The translations under genes were made by a program, and so were the position numbers. From Hamiltosporidium tvaerminnensis FI-OER-3-3 (lineage: Eukaryota; Fungi; Microsporidia): DNA of 64,000 nt. Shown here piece by piece: positions 53,537-64,000 of the stretch. The notes below the pieces were generated by a model. It was not told where the DNA came from, did not search any database, and saw only the letters and a list, made by a program, of their open reading frames with translations. Positions within the stretch are counted from its first letter, which is position 1; each line of letters starts with the position of its first letter. The DNA is taken from the NCBI GenBank assembly GCA_022605425.2, contig JAKIMF020000007.1, forward strand, positions 1,364,001-1,428,000, in the 5' to 3' direction.

Positions 53537-56500
53537 CGTTTTTTACCCTAATCTACATTTTACTTCCCCCTAGGTTCCTTTCTTCCACTTTAACCTTAAA
53601 AATGTATCTCTATATACCATACCACTACTGCAATCTGTCCCATTCAACGCAAATAAATTATTTCAGACCAAGTGTTTTATAAACATTACTCTTAAATACA
53701 GAATTTGAATACATAATTTACATTAAAAGAAAGATTACGAAACATACTAAAAACATCTACATAACTATATAAGTTAGAGTTTTCATTAATTTTTTTGTTT
53801 TAGGTTTTAGGATTACATGGAAAGGCAAGTTTTATTTTCTCCGTGACAACCGATTCGAATTTACACATTAAATTTTTTTTAGTAAAACATTTTTTTTTAT
53901 TTTATTCTTATTTTTATACAAATTTATTTGCTGTAACAACTTTAGAAGAAATTCTTACGAAACTGTTTTTGATTATTATATCTACTATAATTGAATTTAC
54001 CTTAATTTTTCAAATTTTTGGAGTTTAGAATTATCTAACTTCACCAGAGTTATATTATTACAAAAAGAAATCTAAATATATTATTAGATAAATAATAGTA
54101 TTCCACAAATCATTTTTAAATCTAAATTTGTGTCTTTTCATAGTTATAGAATCTAAGAAAAAGTAAATTTTCAAGCAAAATAAATTTAAAAGCAAAATAA
54201 TTTTTATTTATAAAAATTTTAAGTAGAAAAGGATTGGTGGCAAACATTACAATCACATTATTACTCGTGAATTATTGACGAAACCAATTTTATAAGGAAA
54301 AACAAACATGGTTTCTTACGATAGGGTAGGAAAAAATAAAATCAACTTTTACATAAGAGAATTATTTTTCTCAATTAATTTCTATTTTTTTTACCCCAAA
54401 TTTTATTCAACAAGAATAAAAAAATTAGAGAAAAAGAAAGAAAATTAGCCAAGGAAAAAAAGATTGTAGTTAGCGAAGAAAGATCTGTTCGACGAAAAAA
54501 GATTAGGAATTAAGTCAGGAGAATAAATCTGTTTTTGATGAGTAGATCGGGGCCAGCAAGTAAAAAAAAATATTTTGGGAAAAAAGACAGTAGTTAGGGA
54601 AAAGATTCTGATTCGGAAAAAGATTTAAGATAGCGAAAAAAAGGGTTATAAAGGAAGAAAATTACGTATGGGAAAGGAGAATTGGTTATAAAAACAGGTT
54701 GGGGAATGGTGTTTAGTTAAAGTGAAAAGGTTTGCTAAAGAAATAAAGTATTGGTTTTTAAAATGTAAAAAAGACCAAGGAAAGTTAAAATCTGTAGAAA
54801 AGAATCCGTTTTTAAGAAAAAGAACCGGCAGAAAGAAAATATCTAGTTGAGATCAATGGAGTCGGATAATTAATTGAATATTTGTTTTAAAGATACAAAA
54901 TTTCAAAAAAGAAAGATATTTGAACAGAATAATTAAAAAAACTTGAGAAAAAAATAATTGTCTGAGAGGAAGAGCAAGTTTATGGCAAAAAGTAAATTAG
55001 GGCGGAAATAAATTACTTGACGAAAAAATATATTTAAAGATAAAATGATTATGGTCGTGGAAATGATGGAGCTTTTCGAGAATATATTTAAAATAAAGAA
55101 ATTTAGGGGAAAAAATATTCTGTTATGTAGAACAGGCGCAAGGGTAAAAAGAATCGAGGTAGGGAAATAATAATAATGTTGGAGAAAAATGTTTGGATTG
55201 GGGGACTAAAAATTAGGGTAGGGAAAACTTTTTTGGAGTGTATGAAATTAATTAGTTGAGTGAAAAAAATTTTTGCTATTTTTTAAAGCGTGTTTGGTTT
55301 TTAGAAATATTTGATTCTGCTTATGCTCCTAAAATATTGTAGAGCAGAGCAACAGTTTAAAGATTTTGGTTAGGGGAACTATTTTGGTCTAATTACAATT
55401 AAATTCTTTCTTTTATTAATATTCAGCTGCTTTTTAATTTTTTTTTAATTTTCATTTGGAAAATTCTTTTTTAAAACGTAAATATTATTGGTGCCAAAGT
55501 CCAAGAGTAGTTTTATCAGGAAAAAATTAAGAATTCTGCTAAATTCAAATTATTACGCGTAGAAAATTATTTAATATTAGGAGTTTACCTTTTTAAAATT
55601 TTAGATGAATAAACTCAATACTTGTTTCTTTATTGTTAAATTTATTTTAATAAAAAATGCTTAAAGCCTTGCATTTCGAAGCTCTTTTATTTTTATATTC
55701 AAAAGAAATGTCGCTATTTTATTCATAAGGGTTTTTAATGTAAAAACAATGTCTGGATATTTTACTTACTTGGATAAAAGTACGAAAATCATAAAAAACT
55801 TTAAAAAAAGCGATTTCAATAGAGATTTAGGCATATATTCGTTCTATTTCTACTTATTGTATATTCTTACTAAAAGAGAAACTAAAATTTTCTATGCTCG
55901 AGCCAAAAAAAAGCCATTTTAATTTAATTTGAAAAGAATTGAAATATTTCATGCAAATCACAATAGCTAGCTCAGAAAAGCAAAATTAAGAGTTAATTTA
56001 TTAGAAAGTGCATAAAGCACTTAATACCATTCTAATTTAAAATTTTTGCTTCTACTGACCTGGGTGAGCGAAATACTTGAGAAATATAGTAAAGAAAATA
56101 ATATTTACCTAATCTGTAGCAGTGAAATACTTGAGAAAGTTAGTTTAGAAAAACATTAAAGAAATATACGTTTCGATTAACTTTTCAATGTCTTTATATA
56201 AGTTCTGTAACATAGCTAGCAACAAAGTATGTAATACCTTTAGAAAGATGAAACGAACACATTTATTTATATAGAAATGTAAATATATAAGAATCACACA
56301 TATGCAAAATATTATAAAAGACCTATTGTTTTAGATTGTGATTGAATTAAGCACTTAAAATCATACAATCAAAATTGTAGATATTGTAAACAATAAATTA
56401 CGGTTGTTCGTAAAATGATTTAAGATTTTTTTGAACAGTATTTTGATATAATTTCATTGTAGTGGGTAAATATTTCCAAACGACTTTTCTAACTAAATAG

Positions 56501-59500
56501 GTAGTGTTGTCCTAGTATTTGGCTCATTGCCTTAAAGTTCTTTTAAATACAATTGATGTTGTTCGTAAGTGTATCTTAGCATTATAAAGTGATTAAAACC
56601 ATGCATTTCGAATTCTTTGATTTTTTAACAAAATCGATTGTTGTTCAGGACATCTATATTGAAGCAAGTATAGAATTACGTAAATAAATTTGCATAAGTC
56701 TTTCTATAATCCAGCAATTAGGATATAAACAGATACAGCAAATATAGCTGCAAATATTAAAGAGAATGGATATCTGTGAACGGTGACATTTGGTATATTT
56801 GGCTTCCACTTCAGTACAGTCATAGCTCTTGTAGTTTAAAGGATGAAGAGCTTTTCCTATAGAGCATCCGATATTTCAAACATATTCTTGAAGGTAATCC
56901 GTAGAAGATGCTACAAAATGAAAAACCCTTGCCTATTTATACTTTTAAATTTTTTTACAATCAATGTCACATAGAATCAAATTTCATTTAATTCGTTCAG
57001 TATCTTGATAGATATTCTTCCAAAGAAATCTATCTAATTACAATATGAGTTAACTCAAGTCACAATTGTTAATTATACCATCCACTGTTTACCCTTCTAA
57101 ACCATTTTAATGTATAACAATACTTATTTAAATTATGTTCTTGGCTTCTTTTAAATCATACTAAGATATTTTTATTAGTATATTCCTACATATATAATTT
57201 TCTTCATATTCTATTTCATATCTGAATTTTTACATTGCATAAATTTAAATAAAAAGAAAGAAATTATAAAAATAGCTGTAAAATGAATTAATTTCAAACA
57301 ATGTATTATCTAAAAAAAATTTATTGTTTAATACGTATAGAGATATATTTAAAATAATTGCTACATGGAATCTTCTAAATTAGTAATAATAATTTAAAAA
57401 AAATTAAAATATTTATTTGTTAAGATGCATATCATTTAACTAAAGTTTTATTTTTATCAAAAGTACTAAAACCAGGAAAGCTTTGGATGAGCGAATATAC
57501 ATTCACTAAAATTCTAATTTTTTATTCTTTATTGTAATATTGTCAGTATGAGAAAAGGCACATTATTTATTCTCTGTTTTCTTTAAAATCAATATAAATA
57601 AAATAGTATTCAAACAAAAAGAAGCATATAGACCTATGAGTTTGGAATTTTTTTAACGCAAAAAGTACTAAAAAATATACATTTAAAAATATTTCTTCAA
57701 AACAGCATTACCTTTAAATTTTTAGAAAATATAAAATATGTTTAATCTTCTAACACAAACCAAAAAATAATATAAGATAATATATAATACAAACTTTGTA
57801 TTGAGTCCAAACGGCTTATTTAAGCGTTAATAGCTCAAACCATTTACGAAGATTTCTATAATAAGAAGAACACATTTTATCAAGAAGAAAGCAATTCAAT
57901 CATAGAGCACACAATTCACTCATATATCATGAGGAACAAATAAATTTTCTTAAAGTTTAAAAGAAATAGTCGAGCAAATATACAAAAGTAATGTTTTTTG
58001 ATGTAAAGTAAATAAAATCTATTAATTTTTAAAATTATAACTTATAAATTCAATTATATTATTTTATCTTTTTCTTTATAATATACAACTTTACCTCGAA
58101 TTTTTTGAAATAGGCAAATGCGCCTCATAATTGCGTTATTTGCCTTCGCGTTATGAAAATTCCAGTTAATGATATTGAGAATTTATCTACCAATATATTA
58201 TGAGTGAATTCATTAAATTATTTAGTTAATTTTGACTTCAAACAAGATCAGATGAGTTCTTTGAGAATACCCTTTAAACAAAGGTAAAATGTGTAAATAA
58301 CCTTAGATATGCCATTCCATAATTCGAATCAGCTTGGATAGTTTGAGATAATATATTACAGGTGCAAATATTCTAGTAAAAATATATCAGCTGGTTGTGG
58401 CATAAGTTCTATTCCTCTAAATTGGTTTAATCTTTATTCATATAAGGAAGAATCAGAAGTTTCAAAATGAAAAAGTACTAATTTACTTGTAAAAGATGCC
58501 ACAACATTTAGAACTGAAGCTCATTTATAGTTTTAGTGATTATGTATACCTAATTGTCTCTATTATTACATTTTAAGCAGACAAACCGTAATTCGAAATA
58601 ATTAGCTATAAATCGACAAACAAGATCATCGAAATTTTATTTGTAGTATTATAAATATTTCCTTCTTTAAATTATAAGACCTATTTATACCTATCTTTCA
58701 AATCAATATCTATTATTTATACTTATCTTTCTAAATTTATATTCACCTTATAAATATATTTAGATATTAAAATGATATAACCCTTGCTTATTTCGGACTA
58801 GTATAGATAGCTCATTAATTTTTGAAGATTTCATTGTAGATTAATATAGAATTACGAGAAAGTATATTAAAAATTAGTTATATTAATTAGGTATGAGCCG
58901 AACTAAATTTAATTAAAGTTTAACTTTCTTATAATCATATCAAAATATTATTTACATTATTTTATTTTGGCTTTATTTCTTGTTTTAATATATATACTTA
59001 ATAAAAATAGTTACAATCTAAAGACTAAAAAGAATATATAAAACGAACTATTTTAAAAAGTATTGTAACAATTGTCTTTCAATTAGGCAAATAACTTAAG
59101 AGTACTTAATTTTACATAAATTGGATGCAAAGATTTATTAGAATTTGGTTTTAATATAGAAGTAGCATGATAAAAAGTTTTCTGTATCACTTCATGACAG
59201 TTTACTGTACTATATATATTATTTTAAAGTCTAATTTAATTTAAAATTAGATATAAATTAAAAATATACTTAACATATTTAAATCGAATTAATACATGTA
59301 TAATTATAATGATTTAAGTTATTTAAATCTCACTATATATTTTAAAATGAAATATTTATTTCTATATATATTTAAATGAATCAAATATCAGAGTTCATTA
59401 TACTATAAATTGTATTATATATTAGTAAATCAAAGCCATTAAAAATCCAAAGAATAACATATATATTCCAACAATAGCAATAGTATTACATTTCTCATTA

Positions 59501-59520
59501 ATCACTCGAAAGTATTATAC

Positions 59521-59960
59521 ATGATATTTGAATACTTTTCGTATTTATATCTTTTTTTTTTAATTAGCTTTATATTCTGTTTAAGAAATTGTAAAAAGGC
59601 ATATATAATATGCGCTATAACTGTTTGATTAATTTAAGGAAAGGTAAATAGTAAAGGTTATTTTGAAATCTATAGTTACGTATGAATCTCTTATATGATT
59701 AATGTTTCCAACAATATACTGCGGGCTTTTCGAAACGAGTTAACCAAATTTAATCCAGCCATATTTAGGTTGAACACAACTTATTATGACCAAGATTATA
59801 AAACCTCGTTTTTAAATAGTGAGTGAGGGTTTTAATAGTACGACTGTTCCAATAAAGCAAAAAAAACCAACCATTACCTTACACACAAAAACTTCCAATT
59901 ATAGTAAATTTTAAAAGTTTATTAGGGTTAACCTCTTAATATAATATCAGAAGAGAAAAT
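59521..59960 (+). pseudogene. Family X, copy 3, with a signal-peptide-like N-terminus
   Basis: One frame from ATG 59521: MIFEYFSYLYLFFLISFIFCLRNCKKAYIICAITV*LI*GKVNSKGYFEIYSYV*ISYMINVSNNILRAFRNELTKFNPAIFRLNTTYYDQDYKTSFLNSE*. Confidence 0.55.
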
Positions 59961-61419
59961 ACTTACTTATATTTACGAATATTACATATTGATATTAAAT
60001 AATGAATTTGAAGTTAAATGAATATAAAATGAATAAATAACAGAAATTTTATACATTATTTAGCCATAAATATTACTTTGAAACATAAATTACTCATTGA
60101 AATGACCTGAATTATTTTACATGACCCAAACAAGTGATTGATTAAGTAACGACTTGAATTTGTAAATGAATAAGAAAAGAATGAAGTAAAATAAATGTAA
60201 CAGAATTAAAAAAAGTCATTTCGAAAAAAAAACAACCAAAAAACTAAAAAATGTATATACAGCTATAACTAAAATGAGTTTTAGCAAAAAAAATTTGATA
60301 TAAGTAAATTTTTAAATTAAGAAAACACAGCCAAAATGAATAATAAACTAAAAAAATGTACGAAAGAAATATCGGTAACTGTAATCTAACATATAATCTC
60401 TTTTTATGCAAGAAAAATATTATATTTTAACATCTATAAACAAAAGTATTTATTTAAACATAAATAACGAACTATATACCAATTTACATTAAAGTAACGA
60501 CTTTATAAATTTTATATAACATAAATTTACTCAAAACAAGTAAAGGATAAACTAGGACTAGAATTTCAATAGAACGATTGAACGAAAATATTTGAATTTA
60601 ATTAAAAGCACATGAAAATAGTTAGAAACAAATATATAATAAAAACAAGTACATTTTTTAACTATGTAAGACACATTACAATTCAAAGACTAATATACAA
60701 TAAAATTATATTTACAAAAATATACATGACTTAATACAAATTATAGAAAAGGTAATTAAATAAGGAGTAAAAAACCCTACTAAAGTATTCTACCCAAAAA
60801 ATATGCATTTAGCAAATCTCCATAGTATTCTACAGAATATTAAAGAATTTAAAATCAAAATTTTAAAGTTCAAAAAAATTATTGTGAATTAATCAAAGCA
60901 AACACATAAGCTATAATTATCTTAAAGATTTATATCACATCTTACACGCCTTTAAAATTGGGTTATAAAAAAATAGTATAAAAACAAAATTAATACAAAT
61001 AATATGTAAGAAAAGTATATATTTTAAACATAAAAAGTTAGATTAGATAAAAAAATAGAATGCTAATAGACATAAAATTAGATCTATAAGCTAAAAGAAT
61101 CTATGAGATATTCAAATTAAGAACGACATTGTAGTTCGATAGGATTAATTTTATTTGCGAAATAATGCTCGATAAATAAATAGTACGACTAGAACTTTCT
61201 ATATTAGAATACATATTTTTTAGTGAAATAACTTAAATTGTGAAAATAAATAGAATAATAATTTAAATGATATAAACCGTAAAATGAAAAATAATATTAC
61301 ATAAGTTTAAAGTAACTGAATATCAGCGTTAACGAAAAATATATAATAGCTGCATAAACCAAAACCATTAAATGAATTTAAACTATACAATATTTTTAAT
61401 AAAGGAGTAAGTGTTGTAC

Positions 61420-64000
61420 TTTTTCATAAAATTGCTTAGTTCTAGGTTTGACATCAGTGACTGGACCTAACACTCCATCGTTACCTTTAGAATATCTAAA
61501 TCCCAAAGCATTTTATCTTTAATAGCTTAAGACTTATTTAATAAGCAATTTAGTTGCTTCGAGTTTGTTAATATCTGTTGCGGAGGTGTGATCGTATGCA
61601 AAACTCAACTAGAATTGTACCTTTACACACCCTGCAGCATTTTAACTTAATATACACGTGCCAAATAAACTATCAGCTAGCTAAGATATATTTCGGCGAA
61701 TTACACGAAAAAACCAGCGAAGATGCAATGCCATACCAACATAAATAACCCACGCAATCCCTTTTCAGTTTTAGAAGGGTTTATCTTTCTATTTCCAATT
61801 CGCAGAGTCTTCTAAAGCAGTTTTTAAGACTAGATTTTTAAATTTCTATGGATATTATCTATAAGTTCAAGTGCAGTTTACAATTGAGCACAAGAAAAAA
61901 GCAAAAATATATTAATATAAAATTTTCGTGATTTTATGAACTTCTCCTTTTCATACGAACACCCATGTAACAAACGTAGAAGTAGTGTGGTTTTAATCAC
62001 ACCAAAAATCCAAAATATTGTCTTCACACCAGTTTAACCTACTCATTGCTAAGAAGAATGTTTTTTTTGTGACTATCCTCACACCGCCAAAAATATAATT
62101 TAAATTCATTATTTACGCTCCAAATAAAAACATTTGAATATTTATGATTTCAGCATAATAAAAGTACATATAAAAGTTTATATAAATTTAGCTACTGGTT
62201 TTTCGATGAATTAGAAATAAATCGAAGTATTAAGATAATGTAACCATATAATATTGAAAAATAAAACGTTTTAACAGAAAAATCATTGAGGAAAAATATA
62301 TGTATAAAATTTAGAATAAAATTTTTTTAAAATGTTTTAATAATCATATATTTGAACCAAATCTACTAAAATGAAATTTTAAAAAGTACGCTTTTCAATT
62401 TGAGAAACAGGGAAACAAAAATTAGAGATATTTACATGCCCCTAAATACGTTTTAATTCTTTATGTTTTCTCTTAGGTTTAAAGCAAATAAAAGAATGTT
62501 TTCAAAACAATTTAATTTCAGTATGTATTTTGAAAATTTCTATCGTTATATTTCTGATATCAAAATATTTTTTATTGAAGAAATTGGAATGAAGAGGTAA
62601 CTCAAGAAATACGAACAAAAAGGAGGAAAACGGGTGTAATGGCTATATCAGTGAGGATGCAAGGTGTTTATTATATTCTCTGCTTCTTAATGGATTGTCC
62701 ATCAAAATGAAGTTTTTTTTACGAATTATTCGTAGTTATAGTCAAGATATAAAATAATTAGATTATATTGTGATGTTACTGGATATCTAGTACAACATCG
62801 TAAAGTTGTATGTAACAAATGATTGGAACATTTACCTTGATCTTTGATTATATTACACCTCAAAGCAGTTTTATATAATATTGAATTTAATCAAAAGAGT
62901 TCTTTTTTTGATTTGTGCAAAATTTCTCGTACCACTTACTCGGAAAAGACGAAAGAGGCATGGCTAGGGGCTAGTAAGCAGTTTGTACACACGGCCGTTT
63001 ATATTGGCCTAGAATCAAAGCTAGGGTTTTATGAAAAGTATTTGGAAATTTTGAAGAATTTTGAAATGTATATCAACAGTTAGCAAGATCACACTGCAAT
63101 CTCGGCTAAAACCTAACACAATTTGGAAATTTTCGGGGTGGTAGAACCAAAAGCATGTATCGTTTTTGAGATGTAAAAAACGGAAGTTTTGTGTGTCAAG
63201 TAATCTAATTCCCTTGAAATATTTATTTTGAAGGTGAAATCGAAATACTTAATTCGAATATTTATCGAATTGAAATTAAAAATGCAATTGAATATATTTT
63301 GAAGGCTAGAAGATTTTAATTGAAGAAAATTTCTTTGGAACCTCTTGGAATTGATTTCAGAAAAGGCGGAAATATTGACTGGGTTTGAATGAAGAGGAAG
63401 TAAAAGAATCTTTATGTTTTAGGAAATGTTAGTAAAATATTTTAAAATTTGCCTTATATTATCTTTGAAATATCTGATTCATATAAAAAAAATTTAATTT
63501 TTAAATTAATCTTTACACTCCCTGATTTGTTTAATTATTCTGTTTGTTATTCGTTCGTATCTAATTTTATACTTCAGTCCGTTGCAATTAGTTAATCTAT
63601 ATTTATAGGTTTTATATCCGAAGATTTCTTTTATTAAATTTAACATTCCTAATTCCTTGGATTAAACGCCTTGATATATTTCTTGATTCTTGAATTATTT
63701 TTGAAATATTCTCACGAAAAATATTTTGTTTAGCAAAACAAAAGTCTTCCATTTCAACCAAAGAAATTCAATCGATCTTTATAATACATGTTAGTACAGT
63801 TTTAATTCATTAATATATTCAATAAGGTTTGCTATATCTTAAAATAGATAATTTAAGTTTCGTTGTGGAATAAATATATTGTAAGAATTACCCATTTATT
63901 CAAAAGACCGGAATTTTTCATAAGCCCAGAGTCATTTATATATCATAACTATTGCGTGTGTAGTTATAGAAAAAAAATGAAAGCGATTAGTTTAAATAAA
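61420..64000 (+). repeat. Segmental duplication B, copy 2 (runs off the window end; includes decayed ORF fragment 62844-63083)
   Basis: Collinear with 48200-50830. Confidence 0.9.

Larger units (their letters stand above)
52950..60200 (+). repeat. Segmental duplication A, copy 2
   Basis: Collinear with 22340-29560 at an offset of about 30.6 kb. Confidence 0.95.

Noticed and set aside
290-54028. Short F/I/L/K-rich ORFs (290-478, 3389-3589, 4546-4827, 4966-5169, 5687-5911, 6966-7157, 8295-8492, 13697-13885, 20260-20472, 22535-22744, 24179-24370, 32478-32678, 34786-35064, 38921-39103, 44714-44962, 48941-49159, 53843-54028)
   Set aside because: Their composition mirrors AT-rich background, many use non-ATG starts, several are antisense to other features or lie in repeats, and those in duplications show no sign of a matching ORF in the paralog.
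1-64000. tRNA or rRNA genes
   Set aside because: No cloverleaf, T-loop context or rRNA-like GC-rich segment was seen. tRNAscan-SE and Infernal would be needed to exclude them fully.

Overview
Very AT-rich (roughly 22-25% GC by eye), gene-poor eukaryotic DNA. The retroelement peptides, the AAGGGTGTTA repeats and a CCC-ATG start suggest a microsporidian, probably Hamiltosporidium-like (inference from recall, no database search). Main contents: (1) a ~700-codon signal-peptide gene (5731-7830) whose 5' third is disrupted; (2) a 1039-bp 5'-truncated restriction-like-endonuclease non-LTR retrotransposon with a perfect 13-bp target-site duplication (11705-12743); (3) a ~4.7-kb decayed two-ORF APE/RT LINE (~15065-19770) with a structured 3' UTR; (4) two solo-LTR-like 150-bp elements; (5) two segmental duplications (~22.3-29.6 kb with ~53.0-60.2 kb, and ~48.2-50.8 kb with ~61.4-64 kb); (6) two arrays of a degenerate ~190-bp satellite (~29.8-34.1 kb and ~40.7-44.2 kb); (7) arrays of a TAACACCC/GGGTGTTA motif; (8) many decayed genes. 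The combination resembles a heterochromatic, possibly centromeric or subtelomeric, domain. No rRNA, tRNA or CRISPR was found. Most short ORFs in the track are spurious. Percent identities and boundaries are by-eye estimates.
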